A stretch of DNA of 64,000 nucleotides from Burkholderiales bacterium (GTDB lineage: Bacteria > Pseudomonadota > Gammaproteobacteria > Burkholderiales > SG8-39), in assembly GCA_026416295.1 (NCBI GenBank), contig JAOAFL010000004.1, positions 4,311-68,310 on the forward strand, written 5' to 3'. Position numbers and translations under genes: made by a program. The notes beneath the pieces were generated by a model that searched no databases, had not been told where the DNA came from, and saw nothing but the letters and a program-made list of their open reading frames with translations. Of this stretch, positions 35,529 to 45,851 are shown piece after piece; within the stretch, counting starts at the first letter, position 1; the number at the start of each line of letters is the position of its first letter.

Positions 35529-36257
35529 CTATTTCACGTCTTTCCAGTACTCCTTCTTGAGCGCGTAGGCGAGCACGAACAGCACGCCGAGCACGAACAG
35601 CACGACGATGCCGACGGTGCGGCGCGTGCGCGCCTCGGGCTCGGCCACATACATCAGGAAATTGACGAGGTCGCGCACCGCCGCGTCGTACTGCGACGGC
35701 GAGAGCGCCCCGGGCGAAAGCTCGCGCCAGCGGTACTCGACCGTTTCGTGGCCCGCCAGGTCCTTCACCGGCGCGATCTCGAGCGCGCGCTCGCCCTGCA
35801 GCAGCCACAGCGCGTGCGGCATCGCGACGTTCGGGAACACCGCGTTGTTCCAGCCGGTCGCCGATTTCGGGTCGCGGTAGAAGGTGCGCAGGTAGGTGTA
35901 CAGCCAGTCGGCGCCGCGCGAGCGGCCCACGAGCGACAGGTCGGGCGGCGCCACCCCGAACCAGGCCTTGCCGTCCTTCGGCGTCATCGCGACGCGCATC
36001 GTGTCGCCGACCTTGTCGCCGGTGAAAATCAGGTTGTCGCGGATCTGCGCCTCGGTGAGCCCGAGCGCGGTGAGCCGGTTGTAGCGCATGTACTGCGCGC
36101 CGTGACAGTTGAGGCAGTAGTTGACGAAGAGCTGCGCGCCCGCCTGCAGGCTCACCAGGTCGTTCGGATCGATCGGCGCGCGGTCGAGCCGATAGCCGAC
36201 CGCGGCTGACCACGCGGCAAGCGGCGCACACAGCAGCGCAAGAACGAGTCTTTTCAT
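35529..36257 (-). CDS. petC: cytochrome c1 subunit of the bc1 complex
   Basis: 242 aa with a signal peptide, the haem motif CLNCHG and a C-terminal TM anchor. Confidence 0.9.
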   Translation of the reverse strand: MKRLVLALLCAPLAAWSAAVGYRLDRAPIDPNDLVSLQAGAQLFVNYCLNCHGAQYMRYNRLTALGLTEAQIRDNLIFTGDKVGDTMRVAMTPKDGKAWFGVAPPDLSLVGRSRGADWLYTYLRTFYRDPKSATGWNNAVFPNVAMPHALWLLQGERALEIAPVKDLAGHETVEYRWRELSPGALSPSQYDAAVRDLVNFLMYVAEPEARTRRTVGIVVLFVLGVLFVLAYALKKEYWKDVK

Positions 36258-36270
36258 CGCCGGCCCCGGC

Positions 36271-37557
36271 TCACATCGTCACCCGCTCGGGTACCGGCTT
36301 CGTCTTGTCGCGCGCCGTGTACCAGGGCATGAGGAGGAAGAAGAGGAAGTAGACGACGGTAAAGAAGCGCGCAGCCCAGGTCGCGACGTCCTTCGTGTCG
36401 AGGAAGAAGGCATCGAAGCCGAACTGGCCCCAGACCGTGGTGGGCTCGGTGCCGAGATAGCCGAGCATCAGGAACGAGACGACGAACGCCGCGAGCCAGC
36501 CCTTGTAGAGCCAGCCGCGGTAGCGGATCGACTTGACCGGGCTGCGGTCGAGCCACGGCAGGAAGAAGAGCACGAGCACCGCCAGCCCCATCGCCAGCAC
36601 CCCCGGGAACTGCGAGTTGAACATCGGCGGCACCGCGCGCAGGATCGAGTAGTACGGCGTGAAATACCACACCGGCGCAATGTGCGGCGGCGTCTTCAGC
36701 GGATCGGCCGGGATGAAGTTGTTGTGCTCGAGAAAGTAGCCGCCCATCTCGGGGACGAAGAACACCACGGCGCAGAAGATCGCGAGAAACACGATCGCGC
36801 CGACGATGTCCTTCACCGTGTAGTACGGATGGAACGGGATGCCGTCGAGCGGCTTGCCGGTCTGCGGGTCCTTCTTCTTCTTGATCTCGATGCCGTCGGG
36901 GTTGTTCGAGCCGACGTCGTGCAGCGCGAGGATGTGCACCGCCACCAGCCCGAGCAGCACCAGCGGAATGGCGATCACGTGCAGCGCGAAGAAGCGGTTG
37001 AGCGTCGCGTCCGACACCACGTAGTCGCCGCGGATCCAGAGCGCGAGGTCCGGACCGATGAACGGGATCGTGCTGAACAGGTTCACGATCACCTGCGCGC
37101 CCCAGTACGACATCTGCCCCCAAGGCAGCAGATACCCGAAGAACGCCTCCGCCATCAGCGTCAGATAGATCAGCACGCCGAAGATCCAGACGAGCTCCCG
37201 CGGCTCGCGGTGCGAGCCGTAGAGCAGCGCCCGGAACATGTGCAGGTACACGATGACGAAGAACGCCGAGGCGCCGGTCGAATGGACGTAGCGGATGATC
37301 CAGCCGCCCGGCACGTCGCGCATGATGTACTCGACCGAACCGAACGCGAGGTTCGCGTCCGGCTTGTAGTTCATCGTGAGGAAGATGCCTGAGACGATCT
37401 GGATGACGAGCACGAGCAGCGCGAGCGAGCCGAAGTAGTACCAGAAGTTGAAGTTCTTCGGCGCGTAATACTCCGCGGCGTGCTTGCGCCACTCCTCGGC
37501 GACCGAGGGCATGCGCGCATCGAACCAGTCCCGGAGCGCGGCAAGACGCGACGCCAT
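36271..37557 (-). CDS. petB: cytochrome b subunit of the bc1 complex
   Basis: 428 aa with NFNFWYYFGSLALLVL, RYVHSTGASAFF and the PEWYF-like motif APVWYFTPYY. Confidence 0.95.
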   Translation of the reverse strand: MASRLAALRDWFDARMPSVAEEWRKHAAEYYAPKNFNFWYYFGSLALLVLVIQIVSGIFLTMNYKPDANLAFGSVEYIMRDVPGGWIIRYVHSTGASAFFVIVYLHMFRALLYGSHREPRELVWIFGVLIYLTLMAEAFFGYLLPWGQMSYWGAQVIVNLFSTIPFIGPDLALWIRGDYVVSDATLNRFFALHVIAIPLVLLGLVAVHILALHDVGSNNPDGIEIKKKKDPQTGKPLDGIPFHPYYTVKDIVGAIVFLAIFCAVVFFVPEMGGYFLEHNNFIPADPLKTPPHIAPVWYFTPYYSILRAVPPMFNSQFPGVLAMGLAVLVLFFLPWLDRSPVKSIRYRGWLYKGWLAAFVVSFLMLGYLGTEPTTVWGQFGFDAFFLDTKDVATWAARFFTVVYFLFFLLMPWYTARDKTKPVPERVTM

Positions 37558-37560
37558 GGG

Positions 37561-38154
37561 TCAGGCTCCCTTCTTTCTGTCTTCGCCGATCAGGAGGACG
37601 GCGTCCGACAGGTAGGTGTGCGGCGGCACCGGGAGGTTGAGCGGCGCAGGCGCGCCCTTGAACACCCGGCCTGCGTAGTCGAACTTCGAGCCGTGGCACG
37701 GGCAGTAGAAGCCGCCCAGCCAGTCGGCGCCCATTTCCGCCTTTGCGTCGGCCGGCTTCAGCTGCGGCGAGCAGCCGAGATGCGTGCAGACGCCTTCCAT
37801 CACCATGAATTCCGGCTTGAGCGAGCGCGCCTCGTTCCGCGCGTACTCGGGCTGCACCGAGGCGCGCGACTCCGGGTCGGTCAGCCGCGGCGTGACCGCC
37901 TTGAGCGAGTCGAGCATTTCCTTCGAGCGGCGGATGATCCACACGGGCTTTCCGCGCCACTCGACGACAAGCAGCTCGCCGGGCGCAAGGCGCGAGACGT
38001 CGACCTCGACCGGCGCGCCGGCCGCCCTCGCACGTTCAGACGGCCACATGCTCCAGACGAACGGCACCGCAGCACCGGCGGTCGCTGCCGCGCCGGCGAC
38101 CGAGGTCGCGGCAACGAGCATGCGGCGTCTCTTGTCGATTCTTTCTTCGCTCAT
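37561..38154 (-). CDS. petA: ubiquinol-cytochrome c reductase Rieske iron-sulfur subunit
   Basis: 197 aa from the ATG at 38154, with a Tat-like RRRMLV N-terminus and Rieske boxes CTHLGC and CPCHGS. Confidence 0.95.
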   Translation of the reverse strand: MSEERIDKRRRMLVAATSVAGAAATAGAAVPFVWSMWPSERARAAGAPVEVDVSRLAPGELLVVEWRGKPVWIIRRSKEMLDSLKAVTPRLTDPESRASVQPEYARNEARSLKPEFMVMEGVCTHLGCSPQLKPADAKAEMGADWLGGFYCPCHGSKFDYAGRVFKGAPAPLNLPVPPHTYLSDAVLLIGEDRKKGA

Positions 38155-38191
38155 GACGGAGGATCGGAGGAGATTTCGCGGAAAGCCGCAG

Positions 38192-38197
38192 ATTCTA
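38192..38197 (-). promoter_or_regulatory. candidate -10 box TAGAAT for the petABC operon
   Basis: The minus strand reads ccgccggTAGAATctgcggc, about 40 nt upstream of the petA ATG. Confidence 0.45.
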
Positions 38198-38262
38198 CCG
38201 GCGGGCCGAACCAAAGTCCACGCGCCCGCAGCTAAGTGGCTAAGGCAAAAGGCGTTTCGTGG

Positions 38263-38268
38263 CAGAAT
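38263..38268 (+). promoter_or_regulatory. candidate -10 box CAGAAT, 9 nt upstream of the ATG at 38278 (possible leaderless transcript)
   Basis: cgtggCAGAATccttcgcccATG, with no Shine-Dalgarno. Confidence 0.35.
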
Positions 38269-38277
38269 CCTTCGCCC

Positions 38278-39444
38278 ATGCGCCGCCTGTGGTTGCTTTT
38301 CGCCCAGACCGTGACCGTTTGCGTCGCGGCGCTGTTCGTCGTCGCGACGTTCAGGCCCGAATGGTTGCCGCCGCGCGGCGCGGGGGAGGTGGTCACGGTG
38401 ACGCAGCTCGAGCCTGCGCGCGCGGCGCAGCCCGCGGCATCGGCCCGCGCCGACTCGTACCACGAAGCGGTCGCGAAGGCGATGCCCGCGGTGGTCGGCA
38501 TCCTCACCGCCAAGGAGGTACGCTCGCCGCGGCTGCCCTTCTTCGGCGATCCCTTCGCGCGGCGCTTTTTCGGCGAGATGTTCGGCGAGGAGACGCGCCG
38601 GGCAACCAGCCTCGGCTCCGGCGTGATCGTGAGCCCCGAGGGCTTCATCCTCACGAACAACCACGTCGTCGAATCCGCCGAGGAAATCGAAGTGGCGCTC
38701 GCCGACGGGCGCAAGTTTGCCGCGCGCGTCGTCGGCGCGGACCCGGAAACCGACCTCGCCGTACTGCGCGTCGAGGGCGAAGCGCTGCCCGCGATCGCGT
38801 TCGGCTCCTCGGAGTCGCTGCGCGTCGGCGACGTCGTGCTCGCGATCGGCAACCCGTTCGGCGTCGGTCAGACGGTGACGCTCGGCATCGTTTCGGCGCT
38901 CGGCCGCTCGGGGCTCGGGATCAACACGTTCGAGAACTTCATCCAGACCGACGCCGCGATCAATCCGGGGAACTCGGGCGGGGCGCTGGTCGATGCGCGC
39001 GGAAATCTCGTCGGCATCAACACCGCGATTTTTTCCCAGACCGGCGGCTCGGTCGGCATCGGCTTCGCGATGCCGGTCGCCACCGCGCGCTCGGTGCTCG
39101 AGCAGATCGTGAAGACCGGCACCGTCACGCGCGGCTGGATCGGGGTGGAACTCGCCCCGCTCACCCCGGCGCTTGCCGAGTCCTATCGTCTCGCGCGCGC
39201 CGAGGGCGCGGTGATCGGAGGGGTGCTCAGAAACGGGCCGGCCGACCGGGCGGGCGCAAAACCTGGCGACGTGCTGGTCGCGATCGACGGCAAACGGGTC
39301 GCCGACCCGCAGGCGGTGCTCGACGCGGTCGCCGCGCTCGAGCCCGGCCGCAGCGCGGTGCTCACCGTCAACCGGCGCGGCCAGACGCTCGATCTTTCGG
39401 TCACCGTCGGCCGCCGACCGAAGCCGCCGCCGCGCGCCGAGTGA
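38278..39444 (+). CDS. DegS/AlgW-like trypsin-family serine endopeptidase with a single PDZ domain
   Basis: The start is taken at MRRLWLLFAQTVTVCVAALFVV (TM anchor). The catalytic triad context is TNNHVV, DLAVLRV and GNSGGAL. One PDZ domain is present (GAVIGGVLRNGPADRAGAKPGDVLVAIDG). Confidence 0.85.
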   Translation: MRRLWLLFAQTVTVCVAALFVVATFRPEWLPPRGAGEVVTVTQLEPARAAQPAASARADSYHEAVAKAMPAVVGILTAKEVRSPRLPFFGDPFARRFFGEMFGEETRRATSLGSGVIVSPEGFILTNNHVVESAEEIEVALADGRKFAARVVGADPETDLAVLRVEGEALPAIAFGSSESLRVGDVVLAIGNPFGVGQTVTLGIVSALGRSGLGINTFENFIQTDAAINPGNSGGALVDARGNLVGINTAIFSQTGGSVGIGFAMPVATARSVLEQIVKTGTVTRGWIGVELAPLTPALAESYRLARAEGAVIGGVLRNGPADRAGAKPGDVLVAIDGKRVADPQAVLDAVAALEPGRSAVLTVNRRGQTLDLSVTVGRRPKPPPRAE

Positions 39445-39456
39445 GCGGCGCCGCCG

Positions 39457-40212
39457 CTACGCCTCGGGCAGCGGCTTGTCGTCCGACGCCTCGGCGCCGC
39501 GCCTTCCGAGAAAGCGGGCAAGCAGCAGCCCCGCCTCGTAGAGCAGGCACATCGGCACCGCGAGCATGAACTGCGAGAGCACGTCGGGCGGGGTGACGAT
39601 CGCGGCGACGACGAACGCGCCGACGATCACGTAGGGTCGCGCATCGCGCAGCTTCTCGAGCGTCACTACGCCGGCGCGCGCAAGCAGGATCACGACGACG
39701 GGGATCTCGAAGGCGGCGCCGAAGGCGATGAACATCGTGATGACGAAGGAAAAATACGCCTCGATGTCCGGCGCCGGCGTGATCGAGGACGGCGCGAACT
39801 GGTGGATGAACGCGAACACGCGCCCGAAGACGAAGAAATAGCAGAACGCGACGCCGAGATAGAAGAGCAGCGTGCTCGCCACCACGATCGGCAGGGCGAG
39901 TTTTTTTTCGTGCTCGTACAGCCCCGGGGCGACGAACGCCCAGGCTTCGTACAGCATGTAGGGCAGCGCGATCATGAGCGCAACCAGCGCGGTCACCTTC
40001 ACCGGCACCATGAACGGGGTGATCACGCCGGTCGCGATCATCTTCGTGCCCTCGGGCAGCGCGTTCATGAGCGGCAGCGCGAGCACGTCGTAGATCGGCC
40101 CGCCGCCGGGATAGACGAACAGCGCGACGAACACGATCGCGAACGACGCGAGCGCCCGCACGAGCCGCTGGCGCAGCTCGACGAGATGCGAAACGAACGT
40201 CTCTTCCTTCAC
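39457..40212 (-). CDS. tatC: twin-arginine translocase subunit TatC
   Basis: The GTG at 40212 overlaps the tatB stop (GTGA). The 251-aa product has 6 TM helices and the motifs HLVELRQRL and PGLYEHEKK. Confidence 0.95.
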   Translation of the reverse strand: MKEETFVSHLVELRQRLVRALASFAIVFVALFVYPGGGPIYDVLALPLMNALPEGTKMIATGVITPFMVPVKVTALVALMIALPYMLYEAWAFVAPGLYEHEKKLALPIVVASTLLFYLGVAFCYFFVFGRVFAFIHQFAPSSITPAPDIEAYFSFVITMFIAFGAAFEIPVVVILLARAGVVTLEKLRDARPYVIVGAFVVAAIVTPPDVLSQFMLAVPMCLLYEAGLLLARFLGRRGAEASDDKPLPEA

Positions 40213-40616
40213 GACCGGCCGTCCCTTGGCGGCGTCGCCGCCGCCTGCGGCGACGCCGGGGCGACGGACGCGCCGGCCTCGGACGCGTCGGCAACGGCTT
40301 GCACGCCGGGCGCGGCCGCCGGCGCCCCCGCGGCGGCTTCGGCCGCGCGGTTGAGTTCGGTTTCGGCGCGTGCGAGCTCGGCACGCACGGTCGATTCGAT
40401 CGTGCTCGCGGTCTGCTCGATCGAGGCGCGCATGCGCCGCAGCTCTTCCATCTCCATCTCGCGGCTGATGTCGGCGCGCACGTCGGCGACGTAGCGCTGC
40501 AGGCGCCCCATCAGGTGGCCGACCGTGCGCGCGACGCGCGGCAGGCGCTCGGGGCCGATCACGATCAGCGCCACCACGCCGATCACCAGAAGTTCGGAGA
40601 AGCCGATGTCGAACAC
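40209..40616 (-). CDS. tatB: twin-arginine translocase subunit TatB
   Basis: 135 aa reading MFDIGFSELLVIGVVALIVIGPERLP. Confidence 0.9.
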   Translation of the reverse strand: MFDIGFSELLVIGVVALIVIGPERLPRVARTVGHLMGRLQRYVADVRADISREMEMEELRRMRASIEQTASTIESTVRAELARAETELNRAAEAAAGAPAAAPGVQAVADASEAGASVAPASPQAAATPPRDGRS

Positions 40617-40627
40617 GGGCGGTACAG

Positions 40628-40654
40628 AACAAAAAGGCGCCCGGCGGGCGCCTT
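40628..40654 (-). terminator. intrinsic terminator/attenuator hairpin between tatA and tatB
   Basis: The minus strand reads AAGGCGCCC-gcc-GGGCGCCTT followed by TTTGTTCTG. It starts 24 nt after the tatA stop. Confidence 0.6.
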
Positions 40655-40677
40655 CCGGCAGGGGCTCCCCGCCGCCC

Positions 40678-40911
40678 TCAGGCGCGGGTTTCGGTCTTCG
40701 CGCTGACCTCGCCTTCGACGGTCTTCGCGGTCACCTGCGGCGTGCCGCCCGCCCCCTCGGCGGCCTTGTCGCCGCCTTCGCGCAGCCCCTCCTTGAAGCC
40801 GCGCACCGCGCTGCCGAGGTCCGCGCCGATGTTGCGCAGCTTCTTCGTGCCGAAGATGAGCATGATGATGACGAGGACGATCAGCCAGTGCCAGATGCTG
40901 AAGGTGCCCAT
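40678..40911 (-). CDS. tatA: twin-arginine translocase subunit TatA
   Basis: 77 aa reading [33 protein letters not shown], preceded by AGGAGG. Confidence 0.95.
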   Translation of the reverse strand: MGTFSIWHWLIVLVIIMLIFGTKKLRNIGADLGSAVRGFKEGLREGGDKAAEGAGGTPQVTAKTVEGEVSAKTETRA

Positions 40912-40920
40912 GACGACCTC

Positions 40921-41280
40921 CTATTTGTGCCTCGCCAGCATCGGGCCGAGCGGCTCCGGGCCACCGAGGACGTGCATGTGCACATGATACACCTCCTGGT
41001 GTCCGACCCGGCCGGTGTTGATGATCGTGCGAAAGCCCTCGGTCGCGCCCTCCTTGCGGGCGAGCTCGCCCGCGAGCGCGAGCATCTTGCCGAGCGCGCG
41101 ATGCTGCGCCATGCCGGCCTCGTAGAGCGACGCCACGTGCTCCTTCGGGATGATGAGGAAATGGACCGGCGCCTGCGGCCGCACGTCGTGGAACGCGAGC
41201 ACGTCCTCGTCCTCGTAGACCTTGCGCGAGGGGACTTCGCCCCGCACGATGCGGCAGAAAATGCACGTCGACTCGCTCAT
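40921..41280 (-). CDS. histidine triad (HIT) nucleotide-binding protein
   Basis: 119 aa from the ATG at 41280: [13 protein letters not shown]...HFLIIPKEH...[11 protein letters not shown]. Confidence 0.9.
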   Translation of the reverse strand: MSESTCIFCRIVRGEVPSRKVYEDEDVLAFHDVRPQAPVHFLIIPKEHVASLYEAGMAQHRALGKMLALAGELARKEGATEGFRTIINTGRVGHQEVYHVHMHVLGGPEPLGPMLARHK

Positions 41281-41609
41281 CCTTTCTTCCTCGCAGCCTT
41301 TTCGTCGAGCCCCGGAATGCCCTCGCGCCGGTGCAGCTCGGCAAGCACGTCGCCGGGCCCGAGCCCCTTGTGCGCAAGGAGCACGAGGCAATGGAACCAC
41401 AGGTCGGCCAGCTCGCGCACGAGCTCGAGCCGCCCGCCCGATTTTGCCGCAAGCAGCGTCTCGGTCGCCTCTTCAAGGATCTTTCTGAGGATCGCGTCCT
41501 CGCCGCGCGAAAAAAGCTGCGCGACGTAGGACTTCTCCGGATCGCCGCCCTTTCGGCGCTCGATCGCCGCCGCGATCCGCTCGAGCGTCTCGTAGAGGCC
41601 GGGCTTCAT
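41277..41609 (-). CDS. hisE: phosphoribosyl-ATP pyrophosphatase
   Basis: 110 aa reading [30 protein letters not shown]...[13 protein letters not shown]. Confidence 0.9.
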   Translation of the reverse strand: MKPGLYETLERIAAAIERRKGGDPEKSYVAQLFSRGEDAILRKILEEATETLLAAKSGGRLELVRELADLWFHCLVLLAHKGLGPGDVLAELHRREGIPGLDEKAARKKG

Positions 41610-41998
41610 CGCTCGCCGTAGATCGCCGCCGGATCCTCGAGTACCGGGTCGACCGCGACCCAGTGGCCCGCCTCGAGCCGCCGATAGAAGCAGCTCGCGC
41701 GTCCGGTGTGGCAGGCGATGCCGCCCGCCTGCTCGACGACGAGCACGATCGCGTCGCGGTCGCAGTCGAGGCGCAGCTCGCGCACGCGCTGCACGTGCCC
41801 CGACGTCTCGCCCTTTCGCCAGAGCCTGCGGCGCGAGCGCGACCAGTACACCGCTTCGCCCCGCCGCACCGTCTCGGCGAGCGCCTCGCGGTTCATCCAG
41901 GCGAGCGTGAGCACACGGCCGCTTGCCGCCTCCTGCGCGATCGCGGGCACCAGCCCCTCGGCGTTCCAGCGCACCTCCTCCAGCCACGCCTCGCTCAC
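41606..41998 (-). CDS. hisI: phosphoribosyl-AMP cyclohydrolase
   Basis: The GTG at 41998 overlaps the hisF stop. It reads [26 protein letters not shown]...[18 protein letters not shown]...DCDRDAIVL. Confidence 0.9.
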   Translation of the reverse strand: MSEAWLEEVRWNAEGLVPAIAQEAASGRVLTLAWMNREALAETVRRGEAVYWSRSRRRLWRKGETSGHVQRVRELRLDCDRDAIVLVVEQAGGIACHTGRASCFYRRLEAGHWVAVDPVLEDPAAIYGER

Positions 41999-42756
41999 AG
42001 CCGCACCTCGATGCCGCGCGCGCGCATGTACGCTTTCGCTTCGCGCACGCTGAACTCGCCGAAGTGGAAGATGCTCGCGGCGAGCACCGCGTCCGCGCCT
42101 CCGGCGAGCACGCCCTCGGCGAGGTGTTCGAGCGTGCCGACGCCGCCCGAGGCGATCACCGGCACCGGAACCGCGTCGGCCACCGCGCGGGTGAGCGCGA
42201 GATCGAACCCTTCGCGCGTGCCGTCGCGGTCCATGCTGGTGAGCAGAATTTCGCCCGCGCCCGCGTCGCACATGCGCCGCGCCCATTCGACCGCGTCGAG
42301 CCCCGTCGGCCGGCGGCCGCCGTGCGTGACCACCTCCCAGCGTGCCGGCCCGGCGCGGCGCGCATCGATCGCGACCACGATGCACTGGCTGCCGACGATG
42401 TCCGAGGCCTCGCGCACGAGCGCCGGGCGCTCGACCGCCGCGGTGTTGATCGAGACCTTGTCGGCTCCCGCCTGCAGCAGCCGGCGCACGTCGGCGACGC
42501 TTCTCACGCCGCCGCCCACCGTGAGCGGGATGAACACCTGCGCGGCGACCCGCTCGATCACGTCGAGCAGGATGTCGCGGCCGTCCGAACTGGCGGTGAT
42601 GTCGAGGAACGCGAGTTCGTCGGCGCCCTCGGCGTCGTAGCGCGCCGCGATCTCGACCGGATCGCCCGCGTCGCGAAGCTCGACGAAGCGCACGCCCTTC
42701 ACCACCCGGCCGGCGGTGACGTCCAGGCACGGGATGATGCGCTTTGCGAGGCCCAT
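41995..42756 (-). CDS. hisF: imidazole glycerol phosphate synthase cyclase subunit
   Basis: 253 aa reading [24 protein letters not shown]...[11 protein letters not shown]...GGGVRS. Confidence 0.95.
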   Translation of the reverse strand: MGLAKRIIPCLDVTAGRVVKGVRFVELRDAGDPVEIAARYDAEGADELAFLDITASSDGRDILLDVIERVAAQVFIPLTVGGGVRSVADVRRLLQAGADKVSINTAAVERPALVREASDIVGSQCIVVAIDARRAGPARWEVVTHGGRRPTGLDAVEWARRMCDAGAGEILLTSMDRDGTREGFDLALTRAVADAVPVPVIASGGVGTLEHLAEGVLAGGADAVLAASIFHFGEFSVREAKAYMRARGIEVRL

Positions 42757-42759
42757 CGG

Positions 42760-43509
42760 TCAGGCCCGCCCGAGCGCCTTGTCCGCCGCGGCCTGCGCCT
42801 GGGCGAAGTCGAGCTTGCCCTCGTAGAGCGCGCGCCCGGTGATCGCGCCGATCACGCCCTCGGGCGCAAGGCGCTCGCACAGCAGGCGCACGTCCTCCAG
42901 GCTGTTGATGCCGCCGCTCGCGATGATCGGGATGCGCGTCGCCTGCGCGAGCCGCAGCGTCGCCTCGATGTTCACCCCGGTCATCATGCCGTCGCGGCCG
43001 ATGTCGGTATAGACGAGCGCCTCGACGCCGTAGTCCTCGAACTTCTTCGCGAGGTCGACGACGTCGTGGCCGGTCATCTTCGACCAGCCCTCCACCGCGA
43101 CCTTGCCGTCTTTCGCGTCTAGCCCGGCGATGATGTGGCCGGGAAACGCGTAGCATGCGTCGTGCAGAAACCCCGGGTTCTTGACCGCCGCGGTACCGAT
43201 GATCACGTACTGCACGCCGGCGTCCAGATAACTCTCGATCGTGTCGAGATCGCGGATGCCGCCGCCGATCTCGATCGGCGTCGTCTCGCCCACCGCCTTG
43301 ATGATCGCGCGGATCACCTTTTCGTTCTTCGGGCGGCCGGCGATCGCGCCGTTCAGGTCCACGATGTGCAACCGCCGGGCGCCCGCCTGCGACCAGTGCC
43401 GCGCCATCGCCACCGGATCGTCGGAGAACACCGTCGCGGTCTCCATCCGGCCCTGTTGCAGACGCACGCAGCGGCCGTCCTTGATGTCGATTGCCGGAAT
43501 GATCAGCAC
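42760..43509 (-). CDS. hisA: ProFAR isomerase
   Basis: 249 aa reading [20 protein letters not shown]...LHIVDLNGA...[12 protein letters not shown]. Confidence 0.95.
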   Translation of the reverse strand: MLIIPAIDIKDGRCVRLQQGRMETATVFSDDPVAMARHWSQAGARRLHIVDLNGAIAGRPKNEKVIRAIIKAVGETTPIEIGGGIRDLDTIESYLDAGVQYVIIGTAAVKNPGFLHDACYAFPGHIIAGLDAKDGKVAVEGWSKMTGHDVVDLAKKFEDYGVEALVYTDIGRDGMMTGVNIEATLRLAQATRIPIIASGGINSLEDVRLLCERLAPEGVIGAITGRALYEGKLDFAQAQAAADKALGRA

Positions 43510-43536
43510 GTGCTGCGGCGAGCGACTACTGCGCGG

Positions 43537-44169
43537 TCACGGCCGCCACTGGACGAAGTTGGAAAGCAGCCGCAGACCCGCGTTCTGGCTCTTCTCGGGA
43601 TGAAACTGCACGGCGAAAATGTTATCCCGCGCCACCGCGCAGGTAAAGCGAATGCCGTATTCGCAGACCGCGGCGGCAAGGTCCGCGTGCACCGGCCGCG
43701 GGTAATAGCTGTGCACGAAATAGAACCGCGCCCGGTCGGGGATTCCGGCAAAGAGCGCGTGCGGGCGCACCTGCGAGACCTCGTTCCAGCCCATGTGCGG
43801 CACCTTGAGGCCGCGCATCGCGTCGCCGGAAAAGCGCGGCACGTCGCCCGGAAAGACGCCGAGCCCCTCGGCGTCGCCCTCCTCGCCGCGCTCGAACAGC
43901 ATCTGCATGCCGACGCAGATGCCGAGAAAGGGTTTCGCGCGCACCGCCTCGAGCACCGCCTCGCGCGCGCCGCTCGCGGCGAGATTGCGCATGCAGTCGG
44001 CAAGCGCCCCCTGGCCCGGCACCACCACCCGCTCGGCGGCGCGGATGCGCTCGGGCGCGGCGGTCACCTCGACCTGCGCGCCGGGCGCGACCCGCTCCAA
44101 CGCCTTTGCGACCGAGCGCAGGTTCCCCATGCCGTAGTCGACGACGGCGATCGCGGCGCCGAGGGCCAT
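43537..44169 (-). CDS. hisH: imidazole glycerol phosphate synthase glutamine amidotransferase subunit
   Basis: 210 aa from the ATG at 44169: [19 protein letters not shown]...GICVGMQML...VQFHPEKS. Confidence 0.95.
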   Translation of the reverse strand: MALGAAIAVVDYGMGNLRSVAKALERVAPGAQVEVTAAPERIRAAERVVVPGQGALADCMRNLAASGAREAVLEAVRAKPFLGICVGMQMLFERGEEGDAEGLGVFPGDVPRFSGDAMRGLKVPHMGWNEVSQVRPHALFAGIPDRARFYFVHSYYPRPVHADLAAAVCEYGIRFTCAVARDNIFAVQFHPEKSQNAGLRLLSNFVQWRP

Positions 44170-44176
44170 GGGGGTT

Positions 44177-44764
44177 CTAGAGCACCCCCTTCGTCGAAGG
44201 GACGCTGTGCCCGGTGCGCGGATCGGGCGCCGCCGCCATGCGCAGCGCGCGCGCAAAAGCCTTGAACACGGTTTCGCACTGATGGTGCGCGTTTTCGCCG
44301 CGCAGGTTGTCGACGTGCAGCGTCGCCTGCGCGTGGTTGACGAAGCCCTGAAAGAATTCGCGCACCAGATCCACGTCGAAGTCGCCGACCAGCGCGCGGG
44401 TGAACTTGACGTTCCAGAACAGCCCCGGCCGGCCGGAGAAATCGATCACCGCGCGCGACAGCGCCTCGTCGAGCGGCACGTAGGCGTGGCCGAAGCGGGC
44501 GATGCCGGCCTTGTCGCCGAGGGCGCGCGCGAGCGCCTGGCCGAACGTGATGCCGACGTCCTCGACCGTATGGTGCGCGTCCACATGCAGATCGCCGCCC
44601 GCCTCGACTTCGAGGTCGAGCGCGCCGTGACGCGCCACCTGCTCGAGCATGTGCTCGAAGAAGGGAAGGCCGGTCGCGAGCTTCGCCTCGCCGCGGCCGT
44701 CGAGATTGACGCGCACGCGCACCTGCGTCTCGCGGGTCCGGCGTTCGACTTCGGCGGTTCTCAT
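44177..44764 (-). CDS. hisB: imidazoleglycerol-phosphate dehydratase (monofunctional)
   Basis: 195 aa from the ATG at 44764: [16 protein letters not shown]...[13 protein letters not shown]...[11 protein letters not shown]...ENAHHQCE. Confidence 0.95.
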   Translation of the reverse strand: MRTAEVERRTRETQVRVRVNLDGRGEAKLATGLPFFEHMLEQVARHGALDLEVEAGGDLHVDAHHTVEDVGITFGQALARALGDKAGIARFGHAYVPLDEALSRAVIDFSGRPGLFWNVKFTRALVGDFDVDLVREFFQGFVNHAQATLHVDNLRGENAHHQCETVFKAFARALRMAAAPDPRTGHSVPSTKGVL

Positions 44765-44786
44765 ATCGTGGTTGCGTCGCCGGCGC

Positions 44787-45851
44787 TCACAGGCAGGCGC
44801 GCAGCGCATCGAGCAGTATACGGTTTTCCTGCGGGGTGCCGACGGTGATGCGCAGGCAGTTCTCGAGCAGCGGGTGCGCGCCGTGGAAACTGCGTACGAG
44901 CACGCCGCGGCGCCGCAGTTCGGCGTGCACGCGCGCGGCGTCCGGCACCCGCACGAGCAGGAAGTTCGCCGCCGAGGGAAAGACGGTCACCCCGGCGAGC
45001 GCGGCGAGCGCCTGCGCGAGCGGCTCGCGTTCGGCGAGCACCTGCGCGGCCTGCGCCTCGAACACGGAAAGGTGCTCGAGCGCGAATTCGGCCGCCGTCT
45101 GCGTGAGCACGTTGACGTTGTAGACCTGGCGCACCTTGTCGAACTGCTCGATCCACCGAGGATGCGCGGCGAGGTAGCCGAGCCGGATCCCGGCCAGGCC
45201 GAGCTTCGAGACCGTGCGCATCACCGCAAGGTTGGGGAACTCGGCGAGCCGCGCCATGAAGCTCGCCCCGGCGTAGGCGTGATAGGCCTCGTCGAGCACC
45301 ACGAGGCCTTCTGCGGCGCGGATCACCGCCTCCACGTCGGCCGCGGGATAGAGCGTGCCGGTCGGGTTGTTCGGATAGGCGAGAAAGACGAGCGCCGGTC
45401 GCAGCTCGCGCAGCGCGGCGAGAAACGCCTCGCGGTCGAAGGAAAAATCGGCGCGCAGCGGCACGCCCGCATAGCGCATGCCCGCAAGCGTCGCGTTCGT
45501 CCGATAGATGACGAAGGTCGGCTCGGGCACGAGCATCACGGCGCCGGGGCGCGCAAGCGTGAAGGTAACGATCTGGATGAGGTCGTCCGAGCCGTTGCCG
45601 AGCATGACCGACATTCCCGGCGGCACGCGCATGCGCTGCGCAAGCTGCGCGCGCAGCCGCCGGCCGGTCGGATCCGGATAGCGGTGCAGCTCGCAGCGCG
45701 AAAGCCGCTCGGCGAGCCGGGCACGCAGCGCTTCGGGAAGCGCATAGGGCAGTTCCATCGCGTCCAGCTTGACCATGCCCTCGCTGTCTGCGACCGCGTA
45801 GGCCGAGAGCGCGAGGATCTCGGGGCGGACCAGTTCCTCGGGCGTCTTCAT
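44787..45851 (-). CDS. hisC: histidinol-phosphate aminotransferase
   Basis: 354 aa. The ATG at 45851 overlaps the hisD stop (ATGA). Motifs are YPDP, NPNNPTG-like YPNNPTG and [15 protein letters not shown] (PLP lysine). Confidence 0.9.
   Translation of the reverse strand: MKTPEELVRPEILALSAYAVADSEGMVKLDAMELPYALPEALRARLAERLSRCELHRYPDPTGRRLRAQLAQRMRVPPGMSVMLGNGSDDLIQIVTFTLARPGAVMLVPEPTFVIYRTNATLAGMRYAGVPLRADFSFDREAFLAALRELRPALVFLAYPNNPTGTLYPAADVEAVIRAAEGLVVLDEAYHAYAGASFMARLAEFPNLAVMRTVSKLGLAGIRLGYLAAHPRWIEQFDKVRQVYNVNVLTQTAAEFALEHLSVFEAQAAQVLAEREPLAQALAALAGVTVFPSAANFLLVRVPDAARVHAELRRRGVLVRSFHGAHPLLENCLRITVGTPQENRILLDALRACL

Noticed and set aside
38236-38277. An upstream ATG (MAKAKGVSWQNPSP...) for the DegS-like protease.
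   Set aside because: The 14 extra residues precede the TM anchor, have no SD, and the CAGAAT -10-like hexamer lies within them. The start at 38278 is preferred, though this is not proven.
39901-39908. A T8 (A8 on the coding strand) homopolymer inside tatC, unusual for this GC content. It was considered as a slippage or phase-variation tract.
   Set aside because: The frame is intact through it (..YEHEKKLAL.., a conserved TatC region). tatC is a core gene with no phase-variation precedent that I know of. This single tract is most simply two Lys AAA codons.
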